Positions 37,530 to 56,222 of a DNA stretch of 64,000 nucleotides are shown here, piece after piece; within the stretch, counting starts at the first letter, position 1; every line of letters begins with the position of its first letter. A model generated the notes under the pieces. That model was not told the DNA's origin. It saw nothing but the letters and a program-made list of their open reading frames with translations, and did no database searches. Where the stretch lies: the NCBI RefSeq assembly GCF_009914755.1, contig NC_060933.1; one strand, 5' to 3'. Made by a program: the position numbers and the translations under genes. The stretch is from the human T2T-CHM13v2.0 reference genome, Homo sapiens.

Positions 37530-37781
37530 CCCTTGTTTTTCAATCACAAGATATGAGTCATTGCAGGAAACAAATAAAATGGAACCAACACAGAGAAAGG
37601 TAGAGATGGAAGAGGTAAGACTAAATTCTAGAGATGCTGCTTATGCCCTAAGGTCTGTCCTTTAGCATTTTGTAACATGAGTTAAAGTACGTTTGAGTTG
37701 TGTCTTTGTCATTTGCATCCAACAGAGCCCTGGCTGTGTTCACTGAATGGATCTAGTCTCTGAAAATTCACCGACATTTTT

Positions 37782-38080
37782 GGCTTGGCGCTGTGGCTCA
37801 TGCCTGTAATCCCAGCACTTTGGGAGGTTGAGACGGGAAGATTACGAGGTCAAGAGATCAAGACTATCCTGGGCAACATGATGAAACGCTGTCTCTACTA
37901 AAAACACAAAAAATTAGCTGGGTGTGGTGGTGCGAGCCTGTAGTCCCAGCTACTCAGGAGGCTGAAGCAGGAGGATTGCTTGAACCCAGGAGGCAGCGGT
38001 TGCAGTGAGCCAAGGTGGCGCCACCGCTCTCCAGCCTGGCAACAGAGCGTGACTCCGTCTCAAAAAAAGAAAAAAAAAAA
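37782..38080 (+). mobile_element. AluSc-like
   Basis: Dimer with tail. Confidence 0.95.
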
Positions 38081-38856
38081 ATTTCAGGGATATTTATGTA
38101 GTGACCTGTTATTTAATTTTTCAATAATATAAATCTGTTTCAAGAAAAAGAAATTTTAAATAAACTCTTATGATTTTCTTTCTCCTGAAAATTATTCCAG
38201 AACTTAAAAAAAAGAAGAAACAAAACAGAGTAAGTACATTAGCTTTATTCAACATAGCATCTTGTCTAGTAGTAAACTACTAAAAACAGTCTCCTGAGTG
38301 GAAAAAATATAAATTTTTGTCTATAGCATCAGCGTTGTCCTGCATGTTCTCATTATTTTCTCCAAATAAATTGGCTCAATATGCTGCTAAGTATTACCAT
38401 TTATGTTTATTTTGAAGTTCTATATCTTGTCTTTCCTGTTTCATCTGTAAACAGGCAATTATTGCCTCTGTGTGTATTCTGATACATTTTCTCTCTAAAT
38501 CTATTGTCCAACATCTTGCATATAAAATCTGGCTTTTCTCTCATATATCAAAATCACAGGTCACATAGTCTCAGTGCCAAGAGTTATAAGAACAACTGCT
38601 TTATTTCACTCCTATCTCTGTGAATACAAAACTTCAATCTCTAAAGTATTTTCTATCTATTTATAACACTATGTTCCTGGTTTATTATTATATTATTTCA
38701 TTATTAGTTCTTAAAAACTTAACAAGGTGCTGAATAATTTTCTGAAATATTCCATGGAGAACTACCATTAAAATAGTGATTACTTTAATTATATTTCATC
38801 ACCTCATTTCACAAGTCATTACAAAACTTCTTAATTGTTTAAAAATGAATGTACTT

Positions 38857-39131
38857 GGGTGGGGCACAGTGGCTCACACCTGTAGTCCCAGCACTTTGGG
38901 AGGCCGAGGAGGCCAGATCACCCGAGGTCAGGAGTTTGAGACCAGCCTGGTCAACATGGTGAAACCCCGTCTCTACTCAAATTACAAAAATTAGCCAGGC
39001 ATGGTGGCACACGCCTGTAATCCCAGCTACTCAGGAGGCTGAGGCAGGAGAATTGCTTGAACCCAGGAGATGGAGGTTGCAGTTAGCCGAGATCATGCCA
39101 CTCCAGCCTGGCCGACAGAGCAAGACTCTAA

Positions 39132-39164
<33 letters not shown>
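38857..39164 (+). mobile_element. AluS
   Basis: Dimer with long A tail. Confidence 0.95.
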
Positions 39165-39166
<2 letters not shown>

Positions 39167-39303
39167 AATGTGCTTATCAGTCCAAGGGAAATAACTATCA
39201 AATTAGTCACTGCCCAAGTGTACGTCTTTTTTAGTGAACACAAATTGAGAATTTAGCACTGAATCTCCAAAGATTTAGTTTTTATCTAGGTTTTGAAATT
39301 GAA

Positions 39304-39596
<293 letters not shown>

Positions 39597-39678
39597 TGAA
39601 ATTGTATTCTTAAGTCTCAGAAGGCTGAAGCTTTCAAGACAGGAAGAAGACAGGGATTCCCGAGTTGAACAGAGAGTG

Positions 39679-40391
<713 letters not shown>

Positions 40392-40697
40392 TCAGTGTAG
40401 GCCACAGTCCTGTGCTGAGTGCTGTCTTTACCTGTCTTGTAGGGATGGCTCAGATAAAGTCTTAACAAACAGGCAAATGACTGATTTATCTTTTTAGATT
40501 CTAAAGTTCATAAGAATAATAATGAGCTTTATAGTTGACAATAGCTAACTAAAATTTGATCTAAGGGGAAAAGAGCGCTCAATGTTAATCAGTCAGTTTA
40601 ATCTTTCTGTAAACCCTCTCAAAAAGCAAAATTAAATTAGATCATTGTGGTGCACAGATTCTTTTGGTATGTGTGTCCCACCTATAATAAAGTTCTG

Positions 40698-41363
<666 letters not shown>

Positions 41364-42095
41364 TCATGTCCCATACCTGACCCTATTTATTTAAAGGTAG
41401 AACAACTGACCCAACCACATTTTCTCTTTAAAAAGTGGGAATTGGGATTGAGAGATACTGGTCTTTCCCTATGGGTCATTTCAACTTAGAATATTTAAGT
41501 TTGGGATCGTTGGTGCTTCCATATTTAACCAGCAGCTTAGAAAAGCAGACATAGTCAATCTGTGGAAAGAAAAGCTGAAGTGATGTGGAGAGAGAAGTTG
41601 TGAAAAGCGATCAGAGTGCCTGGGAGAGATTTACTTAGGGTAGCTGGAGCTGTTCCTGGAGCTCTTTCCAGACTTTGGTTCTAGCTCTTGAAGCTACCAG
41701 GCTTCCAGCCTTTAGAATAATTCCATTTTAACCTCAGAGATTTTGCGCTGGTTCAACACCAAACAAAAGAACACTGAATAAGACAGTAATGTGAGTAGAA
41801 AATTCTATGAAATAGAAAAGAAACTTAATGATGCGTCATAGACCATTAATATTCACTTTCCTCCGTCCCATGTATATAGATCACTTCGCCTCTTCCAAAA
41901 TTCTTATTTCATAATAAAGATTAACTAGTTATTTAAAAGTTAACCATAGCCTATTTATTGTTTATTAACAAATGTGTTTAAAAGGATCAGGTGCTAAACC
42001 TTGGAAGAATATTAAGGCAAGATGTTATGAGATCACAGAAGCTTAGTGCTGAAGGGTGCATGCCTTCACGTGGGTACAGATTCCTCTCCGAGTGC

Positions 42096-42650
42096 TCATT
42101 CACCCATTGTGGTGTGAGCCCTGTGTGAAAACTCTTCAGATGCAGACATGAATAAGACAAGGTGTCTGCTCAAAGTCAACTAGAGGAGACAGTAAGCAAA
42201 TAATTAGAATGTGGAACATGCCATAATCGAAGTGGATGGGTGTCATGGGAGCACAGATCATGGGGTATCTAACTTTGCTTTGGAGGTTAAAGTATAGCAG
42301 TCGTGAAGACTTCAAAGGGGAGGTGGATTTTTATTGGAACTGTTGAGAATAAACAAGGATATACATATTTTCAACTATGGCCTGAGGGTATATGAGCTTT
42401 AAGAGCTGAACTGTTGGGGGCATTCCAGACCAAGAGGAAGTCGTGGGCAGAGGCAGGAAGGTGAAAGGAGTATGCTGTTTTTGGGAGAAGCATAGTTAGT
42501 GCAGAGGGGCTATGACTCAGGGCACACAGGGTGGCAGAGTGTGTCCGGGAGATGAAACTGGCTTACAGGCAGGAAGTGAGGAACAAAGGACCTTCTGAAC
42601 TTCTTATGGAATTTAGACTTCTATAGATAACAGAGAATCACTGTATGAAT
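42096..42650 (-). mobile_element. L2 fragment
   Basis: tcattcac...atgaataagaca...catgggagcacaga...cattccaga: antisense L2 3' region. Confidence 0.6.
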
Positions 42651-43149
42651 ACACTGTCATACATTCTTTGAGAGAAAACACATTCATTTTTGAGAATCCT
42701 CATTCCTGAGTTCTTCTTTTTGTCTGTGGTACAGCTTCCTGCAGCCCCATCCACCAATTACAGACCTATCTTCTTAGTGTGAGTCTAATGTCTCCTCCAT
42801 GGGAGGGAGCTGTAGAATTTAAAGTTGACCATCCTGCTCATGCCTGCGTTTTCTCTCTCCTGCAACTAATGCCTTCCTCTCTGTCTGAGACCTGGCATGT
42901 CAGGGTAGAAGGCCCTTCACCCTCCTTCTCTTGACAAACTCTGATTTATTGACATCTTACTGAATATCCAATGGCTGGAACTGGGATCAAGCTCTTCAGT
43001 GTGGTCTAAAAGCTGGGGGCAGGAGAGACCTCACTCCCTTCAAACTCACTAAGATATGAGGTGACCTCATTATACCACAGGCTTTTGTCAAGGCCACAGG
43101 GACATAAACTCAGGTCACTTTTGTTTCACAAGCGTTATTCTAATATTTG

Positions 43150-43459
43150 TGTTTTTTTGTTTGTTTGTTTGTTTTTTGAGATGGAGTCTCACTCTGTCAC
43201 CCAGGCTGGAGTGCAGTGGCACGATTCGGCTCACTGCAGCCCCGCCTCCTGGGTTCAAGCAAATCTTCTCCCTCAGCCTCCCGAGTAGCTGGGAGCACAG
43301 GTGCATACCACCACGCCCAGCTAATTTTTGTATTTTTAGTAGAGACAGAGTTTCACCATATTGGCCAGGCAGGCTGGTCTCGAACTGCTGACCTCGTGAT
43401 CTTCCCACCTCGGCCTCCCAAAGTGCTGAGATTACAGGTGTGAGCCACCACGCCCAGCC
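43150..43459 (-). mobile_element. AluS
   Basis: Antisense dimer. Confidence 0.95.
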
Positions 43460-44342
43460 TAAATTTGTGTATTTTTAAACTAAAGTGTCAAACTACATTT
43501 ATCGCCCTCTTCTTAGTTTGGAAAAGTGCTTTGTTTCTGTTAAGATTGTTTTAGGTTTTATCTCTTCACCACACACAGGCTGCTCCTTCCAGTTCAGTAT
43601 TAGCTGAGGATTTCATTTCAGTCCTCATACAGAGCAGTGATAACAGCTGAATAAACCAGAGCTGAAAGTGGGCCCATGTCCCTCTTTCCTACCTTTCTTT
43701 CACACCTGAGTCTGATTGAGTGCAGTATGCAACTTGGATGAGCGTGTGTATGCAAAGTGCACGTCAGCAATGACCATAGCTGGAACAGGATGGAGCTAGC
43801 CACCTCTTTATCATCTCCCTGCTCATTCTTTGATGCAGAAAACTAACCATGTCCCAAGCACGTGTAAATAATTCATGCAAAGTTACAAGACATGGTTCAA
43901 GTCATGTCCCCTCCAACCACATCAGCACCATGAGCAGTCCTTGAGGGTCTTCAGATAATAACAACACTAAGAGTTAGCATATGTTGAATGCTGTACTATG
44001 TATATCATTCTAAGGGGAGAAGCTATGTAGAACCAAAAGTAAGCACAGGCAGCTTCAAGCAGCACAGAGAAACACAACACAGGAGGTGGCTTATTTGATT
44101 GTCATTGAAGTTGTGAAAAAGTGTTAAAAACAATAAATACAATAGTTTAAAAAAGAAACAAGGAAAGTATTATATACCATAACAAAGTGGGATGTACTCC
44201 GGAATGCAAGCCTAGTTCAACAGTCGAAGATCAGTCCATTATACCAATGGGTTAAAGAAGAAAAATCATGTAATCTTATCAATAGATGCATAAAAAGAAT
44301 TTGACAATATCTAACAATCATTCATGATAAAAACTTTCAGCA

Positions 44343-44660
44343 GGCTGGGTGTGGTGGCTCATGCCTGTAATCCCAGCACTTTGGGAGGCCAAGGCAGGAA
44401 GATCACGAGGTTAGGAAATCGAGACCATCCTGGCTAACACAGTGAAACCTCATCTCTACTAAAAATACAAAAAAAAAAAAAAATTAGCCGGGCATGATAG
44501 CGCGTACCTATATCCCAGCTACTCAAGAAGCTGAGACAGGAGAATAGGTTGAACCCAGGAAGCGGAGGTTGCAGTGAGCCGAGATCACACCACTGCACTC
44601 CAGCCTGGGGGACAGTGTGAGACTCTGCCTCAAAAAACAAAACAAACAAACAGACAAAAT
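44343..44660 (+). mobile_element. AluSc-like
   Basis: TSD ataaaaactttcagca. Confidence 0.95.
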
Positions 44661-44905
44661 AAAAACTTTCAGCAAACTAGCAATAGAGAGAAACTTCTTC
44701 AAATTGATTTTTTAAATCTAAAAAACCCCTCCACTTAACATGATACTCAAGCCTGAAAAGTGAGATACTTTCCCACTAAGAACAGGAACAAAACAAGGAT
44801 GTCTCCTCTTATCACTCTTATTTAACTTTGTGTGGAAAGTCCTAACTAATGCAATAAGACAGAAAAAAGAAATAAAAGGTATACAGATAAGAAAGGAAGT
44901 GATAG

Positions 44906-45249
<344 letters not shown>

Positions 45250-46362
45250 CTATGTAGAAAATCACAAAGAATAAACAAAAAACTCCTAGAATGAATTCTA
45301 TGTATATAATCTTTTATAAGTGATTACAGCAAGGATGAAGGATACAAAGTTAATTTAAAAAAGTCATTTCTTTTTCTATATGCCATCAATGAACAGTTGA
45401 AATTTAAAATTAAAAACACAGTGCCATTTACATTAGCACCAAAAATGAAATACTTAGGTATAAGTCTAACAAAATATGTGTAGTATCTATCTGAGGAAAA
45501 CTATGAAAATCTGATGAACGAAACCACAGAAGATCTAAAAAATCGACTTACTGCATGTTAATGAATAAGAAAATTCAATATTGTTAAGATATCAGTTCTT
45601 TCAACTTGATCTACAGATCAGTATTGGGATCAATGCAGTACTTATCAAAATCCAAGCAAGCTACTTTGTAGATATTGACTAGCTGACTCCAAATCTATAG
45701 AAAGTCACGAGATGCAGAAAAGCCAACATAATATTAAAGAAGAACAAAATTAGAGAACTAATGCTTACTGACTTCAAGACTTACTGTAAACTTACAGTAA
45801 TCAAGAGAGTGTGGTATTGGTAAAGAATAGACAAATAGATCAATGGAATAGAACACAGAGTACAGATAGAGACCCTCACAAATATAGTCAATAGATCTTT
45901 GACAAATAAGCAAAGGTAATTCAATGGGAAAAAGATATGCTTCTTAACAAATGGTGTTAAAACTACTGGACAACCACATGTAAAAAAATGAATCTAGATA
46001 CTGACCTTACACTTCTCACAAAAATTAACTCAAAATGGATCATAGACTTAAATTTAAAGGCAAAACTATAAAACTTCTAAAAGATAGCAGGAGAAAATAC
46101 AGGTGACCTTGGGTTTGACTATGAGTTTTTAAATACAACCCTATAGTGTGACCTATAGAAGAAAAACTTGCTAAGTGGGACTTTATTATAATTAAAAAAA
46201 TAAAAAAACTTCTACTGCATGGGTGACACTGTTAAAAGAATTAGAAAACAAGTCACAGGGAGGGAGAACATATCTGATAAAGGGCTAGTATTCAAAATAT
46301 ACAGAGAATACTTGAAACTCTACAATAAGAAAACAAATAATCCAATTTAAAAGTGGGCAAAA

Positions 46363-46864
<502 letters not shown>

Positions 46865-47172
46865 TCAACCACATAGAGTTTTTTTTTAACACCTTTGAAT
46901 AATGCAATAGGAACAATCTATTAAAATAAAACAGAAAAATATTCAAATTTAAATGAAACAAAGCAACTGCCAAATTATTAAATCCAAGTTCCTTATCTTA
47001 GGGGTCAAATGCAAATATTCTTATAGCTTTTATTGCACATACATGTTGGCGGTCATGGTAAAAGAAGATACAACTCTCAACTTCAATAAAATGTATTTCA
47101 ATATTCAATAAAATTTCAATATTATAAGGAAACCAAAATGTTGTGTTAGTACCAGGACAGTTGCATGTGTAG

Positions 47173-47529
<357 letters not shown>

Positions 47530-47728
47530 TGACTCCTTCATCCTCGCCCAAATACTTTTTCATCCCATGACTGTTGGGCTTTTTTTTCCCTTTCTTTCTT
47601 TCTTTTTTTAAGATTGCAACTCTATCAATACTGGGATGTCTATTCAAGCTAGCTAAATATGTTGATTAACTTCTCCACTCCCAGCACCTCCTAGAATCCC
47701 ACTGCAATAACAACAAATAAGAACAAAG

Positions 47729-48017
47729 GGGCCGGGCGCAGTGGCTCAAGCCTGTAATCCCAGCAGTTTGGGAGGCCGAGGCGAGTGGATCGCTTGAGGC
47801 CAGGAGCTCAAGACCAGCCTGGCCAACATGGCAAAACCCCGTCTCTACTGAAAATATAAAAATTAGCCAGGCGTGTTGGTGCGCGCCTGTAATCCCAGCT
47901 ACTCAGGAAGCTGAGGCAGGAGAAGAGCTTGAACCTGGGAGGCGGAGGTTGCAGTGAGCCCAGATAGCGCCAGTGCACACCAGCCTGGGCCACAGAGTGA
48001 GACTCTGTCTCAAAAAA
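47729..48017 (+). mobile_element. AluS
   Basis: Dimer with short tail. Confidence 0.95.
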
Positions 48018-49195
48018 TTAAAAGGAACAAAATGAACCCATTTATACAAAGACTACAAGGGTGGAGAGACTTGGATAGCATGCAGGATATTCACAAGCAA
48101 TTCTGGAAGAAAAATGGCAGATGAGTGCATTCTGTTATTAAAATCACAGCTCAGAGTCCTCCCAGGAAATGGCTGCGGTGTGTAGGGAGCTGTCTTTCAC
48201 AGTGATGAAAAGAACTCTAGGTTCAGAGTGGGCAGGTATCTGGAAGAACATTTTTTCGCCAGCATCCCTTTATTTATTGATACGTCGATGAGAATAGTAC
48301 CACAGCCCAATGACATTTATCATTTCAGTTGGCAGTGTCTCTGAGAGCAAGCTGCAAGATTTCCAAGCCTTCACTGAGTCTTCTACTGACATTTAGCTTA
48401 ATCTTGACAAGTATATCTGACTACTGCAATGTGTTAATGATCAAGGAGTATGTCAAATTATAACATGTCTGCTGCAGGAAATTATGGGGCAATACAGACA
48501 GTGTGCACTGGATCAACCATTATCTATGCCTGGTGTTATGACAAAAAGTGATTGATTTTGGCATCAAAATTAAAGTGTTCGTCTGGTTCAACTTGTTCTT
48601 TGTACACCGTCCTTCATTATGACAAGCACATATAGCAAAAATACTGTCTTCAATATGAACTGTTGATTATTGATTAAACAGATCACATTTGGATGGGCTG
48701 CAGTTTCTGCATGTCTAACGGATGGGATCCTTCTGAGAATGCTAGAGTAGGGAATCATGACACCGAGCCACTTCAGTCATAGACCTTATTCTTGCACTTT
48801 TTTTTCTTGCTGGCAATTTTACATAGCAGGTTGAGAAAGCTACTCTATGCTAGTATAGACTATACACCAATAATTTTGATAATGAGTTCCAGGATGTATT
48901 TTTCTTCTTATATATTTTCCTTCCTACCATGATACTAGTAATTTATAAGGGGTCTGTGTAGTTTGAATGTATTTGAATAACTTTAGCTCTACTGTTTGAT
49001 TTGACCCAAAGAAGCGAAGAGGACGTAAATATTCCCATTTAGAAGCCCAAAGTCAGTGAGATGAAACCCAACATCAAGAAATTGAAGCAAAGTTACTTGT
49101 GGATAAACAAAGCATTAGGTAAGTTGTCTAGAGCATAATAATTAGATTTACTGGCTTTCAAAAATTTGGATTGCAATAAGAGGAAACTTCATGCT

Positions 49196-49983
49196 ATTTT
49201 TACAATTTTCAGTACAAAGGGGTGTATATCTAGAAACAATAAAGTTGTCATATTTGAGTACCTTTTCAAAAAAACGTAACCATAACCTATTTTTTTTTTT
49301 TATTAAAAGGACCAGGTGCTAAACCTTGGAAGAATATTAAGGCAAGAGTATTAAGGCATTTTAATTCAGCTTAAGTATCATGTTAAGTGGTGAAATTCAG
49401 ATGTAATAGAATGCATAAAAGTGTTAATCACCAGTGCTTAAGATGGCCCACAGAGGTTGTTCTACCAGGCATATAGAAATCTTTCTCACTATGCCTGTTT
49501 GTGAGCAGGATCAGTGGTTTTGCACTGCAGGCACACATTTCATTTTGTCAAATATTTTTGCAACCTCCCCTCTACTTAATAGTTTAATCACTACATCTAT
49601 ACAAACTACTTGGTCAATGAGGGCCCATTTTACTTGTGTCTTCCAGAAATATTTTGCATTACCCCAAATGACATCTTCCAGCAGATCTTCCTCAGATATA
49701 AAGTTTCCAAAAAACTGGCAAATAAAATTACTATCTTCAGAACTTTTCTGTATTTAAAAATAACAATAAAAAGCTATGAATTTACATAAAATTCAAACCA
49801 TTGTGTTTATAGCCACAGTCCTCCACACAATTTTCATGAGACCATTGGTAAAATCATGTATAAGCAACATTCCTTTATTCCTAGAAAGTGTTTATATTTC
49901 AAAAGCACTTTATTTTTCCTCAGATATTCCCCTAAAGAAATTTGGAAAGAAATTGAAATTGCCTGTGGTTGTAGCCAATTCAC
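49196..49983 (-). pseudogene. Candidate decayed GRXCR-like (glutaredoxin + cysteine-rich domain) gene relic, two exon remnants
   Basis: Acceptor-bounded exons start at 49983 and 49747; translations GNFNFFPNFFRGI / KSSEDSNFICQFFGN...ALID...DVVIKLLSRGEVAKIFDKMKCV...*SCSQTG...SIC[fs]GRTTSV...NFTT*...ELKCLN are collinear with remembered GRXCR-family motifs; manual alignment only. Confidence 0.55.
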
Positions 49984-50099
49984 CTGTAAAGAATATAAAA
50001 TTCTCCCCATGAACTGGTCATCCCAGTGTCACACTTACAAGTCTGAGAAAAGTGCAAGAGGTTATTCGGAAGTATTCCTTCCTTTTTCAATTTTCTCTT

Positions 50100-51778
<1,679 letters not shown>

Positions 51779-52412
51779 AATTAGCTTTTAAAACTTTTTT
51801 AAGCAGGCAATCTCTGACTTTGCTTCAGTAACATTTCCTTCTCCTGCTCTTTCTCATTTTCCCATTGCTCATGCTTATACCTGCCCATCTTTCTCTAGTA
51901 TTAAAGTTTGGTTAAATGTTTGATCTTTGAATAATATTTTATATTGTTATATGCCTCTGATTTTATCCTCTGGACAAACTTGAGAGACAGTGCAAAAATT
52001 TCTTTATATCTTTATAATATAAAGAATTATGGCAAATTTTAAAAGAAGTACCAGCTTTATTGAGGTATAATTTACGTATAATAAACTGCACCCTCTCCAC
52101 CCCCTCCCCTCACTGTCTACCAAAAAATGTCTGATGATATCCTGGCAATCTGACCCTGCCTGGAAAACACCATAGAGAAAGACAGCAATGTGCTTCCTCA
52201 CTCTGGAGTTCTATTGGATTTTAATGGCCATAGATGTATTATGAGCCACACAAACCAGCACTAAAGTAGAGATTTTTTTCCAGAAAAGGTGTGCTAAAAA
52301 AGCATGTAAATGAAAGCTTTTATTTGTTTTATTTTCAGCAACCAAGACATAAAATTATTAGGTAGGCCATGATACATAAACACTAACCACTGTACCATCC
52401 TTTGATGTTCAT

Positions 52413-52777
52413 TGCAATGGATTCAATGTTTGTGCCCCCCACACAAATTCATATGTTGAAATCCTAGCCCCCAAAGTGATGAGATTAGAAGGGAGAATTG
52501 CTGAGAAGTGATTCAGTCATGATGGGCCCTGGGAAATGGGATTAGTGCTCTTATCAAAGAGACTAGGAGCACTGGCTTGCCCCTATCACCACATGAGGAC
52601 ACAGCAAGAAAGCACCCATCTATGAACCAGAAAGCAGGCCTTCACCAGACACTAAATCTGACAATGCCGTGATCTTGGACTTCCCAGCCTCCAGAACGAT
52701 AAGAAACACATTTCTGTGGTTTATAAGTCACCCGGTCTATGGTATTTTTTTGTAGCATCCCAAATGGACGAAGACAT
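52413..52777 (+). mobile_element. MLT1A-like MaLR LTR
   Basis: caaattcatatgttgaaatcctagcccc...tagcatcccaaatggacgaagaca. Confidence 0.8.
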
Positions 52778-52959
52778 AGTTCACTGTCAGTTCAATTGAC
52801 CATGAAGGATTATGGGGCCTGTGTGTCCCTGGCACTGTGATAGGAACCGGGGAGAACACAGAGGGAAATTAATAATACTTCAGCCTGTATTTTAATAACT
52901 TAGAGTTTAGTAGAAATAAACTGAAAGGCATAGCAGGGTGAAAAAAAAAGTGTAAGTAA

Positions 52960-53120
52960 TGTACTAATATTTGTTGAGCCCCACCATATGCTAGACTCTA
53001 TTGTCTTACTTATACCTCTCAGCAAACCTATAAGTTAGGTCCTATTAGCTGATTTATAGATGGCAAAATAGGCTCAGTGAGGTCAAGTAACTTGCCCTAT
53101 GTTATAGAGTTATCAGTGGG
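52960..53120. mobile_element. MIR
   Basis: tttatagatggcaaaataggctcagtgaggtcaagtaacttgccc core. Confidence 0.7.
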
Positions 53121-53258
53121 AAAGTTGAAAGTGGTCAAGGGCTATTTATAGTCAGGAGAAATTAAGCGAGTTTAGAGTCATTCCTTTTCTGTAGCATTAC
53201 ATTAGTCCTGAAATAAAGCAAAATGTATCAAATTCATATACCATATATAAATATATAT

Positions 53259-53552
<294 letters not shown>

Positions 53553-54907
53553 TGTATTTTAGATAAGAAAGATGCTTTATCTGTCTCCCATTGGAATACA
53601 CTTTTGTTGTTCGTTTTTTTTAACTTAATTAAACTTGAAAGCCAACTTTTGTCAAAACAGAAGAAAATAAAGCAATTTTTAAAAAAATCCAGTATTTAAA
53701 ATACTTGTCATTTATAATATATGCATATAACAGAAAAGTAGAAAATAATTTTGCATTTTAAAAGCTTAGCTTCTACATGGCAAGTGTGGGACATAAAGTT
53801 GATACTTGACCATTAACTGGATATATTCTAGATTTTCACATTTAATGATAATGGATGTGTGTGTCTCATGGTCAAACTAAAATGATTTATTTTTTACAAA
53901 TTATCTTTATCATTAGCAAACCAGTCTTACTTTTATTAGTCAATTATAAGTCCACAGAGATATAGGAGCTCAATTTGTTACAGGGAACTTGAGCATTCCA
54001 TGGATTATCTGAGCTGAATTTGAAGAATGTACTGTGGAGATCTTCTATGTGACATATATAAAGGACGTAGGTCAACTACTGGTTATTATTTAGAAAATAC
54101 TTTAGGGAAAAAAATTATCTTCTGGGGCCAATAATTGAGTTCTATTAAACTACAGAGGTAGATAATTTTGAAATGAGAAATCAAAATATATTTTGATTTT
54201 ATATTACTCATATTTTCATTTTATTCATAAAGTCTTTTGGAAAAAGACAACAGAAATTGTACTTTGTTGAGAAGACTCCTAGAGCCAAATAGTCACAGAC
54301 TCAGAATACACAGAGACAAGCAAAGATGGTTCCAGCAAGCTCTAAGGACACAGACATGTGAAAGAGGTGCTGAAGACACACGAGGACTGATGCATGGTAG
54401 ATGTCATCCTGATATGGCTGGGCTTCTGGACTCACTGCCTCCTCCTTCTAGAACCCAGCACCTCCAAGGCTGGGAGAAGAGAAGTTTGGGGTCTATGGGA
54501 AATGACCTCTGGAAGTGGCTGTGACTGTTTCCAAAGACAAATACAATCTAGATTCTCGAAACAATGCAAATGAATAAAAAATGTAAGTTTAGCAGTTAGT
54601 GAAACATTAAGATGAGATACAGGAGTAAACACATTTTTTTCCATAAAAGTAGTGAATGTTAAATAATGAAATACAGTGGTAAAACAATTACAGCCTGGAG
54701 GCTTTAAGATGTAAATCAAAAATGGAGACCAGTGGTGTTAATATCATATGAGAGGATTAAATATGAGCTGCTGGTCCAACTGTGTTCTGCAGGAATTCAG
54801 GTAGATGGATGAGAGACAGGCTATGAGTAAAGCATTACCACAGCTGGGGGTGCAGTGTATGGAAGCTCATCCTAGCTAACACTTGGAGAAGAACTCACAC
54901 ATTGTAA

Positions 54908-55305
<398 letters not shown>

Positions 55306-56222
55306 CCACAAAATTAAATTCTTAATTAAGGAAACTGTTTCTTTTACATCTATTTTTTCATCCGAAACTCAAATGCCAAATATTTAGCTATTATACATGT
55401 ATTCATTTTCTTAGAATACACTCTATCCAGCTTGACATTTCTTTTAAATTTTCCCATTACATAATTAGATTCTTGATCCTCATTTATGTGATGTTTCCAT
55501 CCTGTGCTGGGTTTTATGCTCCAAATACATGTCCTTTCATACTTTAATGGACACAAATGTGCTTTATAAATATTTTGAAATCCATTTTAAGGTAATTTAT
55601 TGAGTGAAAATTCTGTGCTCGGTATTTTATTGGGGTCAGTGGTGGGGTAGGAGAAGGAAAGGACATGGCTTTTGCCCTCTAAGGAAGTTGCAGGGAAACT
55701 GTCTCTGATTTCATTATCAAAGCGAGGCCCCTTTCTATTTCTCCATTTCAATACCTTTTCTACTGACTTCAGATCTATCAGATGTTATAATTATTTCCCA
55801 CTTGTGTTTGTGTAACTGTGTTCTGACTATCCACACATTAGGTGTGGGCTCTGTGAAAGCAGGGACCATATTGATCCTGTTCAGTGTCATACCATATCCC
55901 TAGCATAGAACTAGTACAGGCATAACAAAGATCTGTGAAAAAGTAAATGCATGCATAACTCAGTTGATCAATTAATGTACATCACTTGGCAGAAGAATAA
56001 AAGGATCACGAGAGCAGATGAAAGAAGACTTTATATTTTGCAGAAGAAAATTTTCTGTGTCTTCAAATGATCACAAATATAATTAATAAAGTTGATGAGG
56101 CTTTCTTCAAAATGGTGCTTGTAGAAAAAGTGAGAGAAAGGCAAAACAAGAGAAATAATATGGATATTTAGCATTCTGGATGTTTGCTAAGTGACAATTT
56201 AATCACAAGAATACACTTCACA

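Noticed and set aside
49434-49757. 107-aa plus-strand ORF
   Set aside because: Antisense shadow of the minus-strand open frame; non-ATG start and no recognisable motifs.
55350-55556. Minus-strand 68-aa ORF as an upstream exon of the GRXCR-like relic
   Set aside because: No recognisable similarity and no convincing splice sites.
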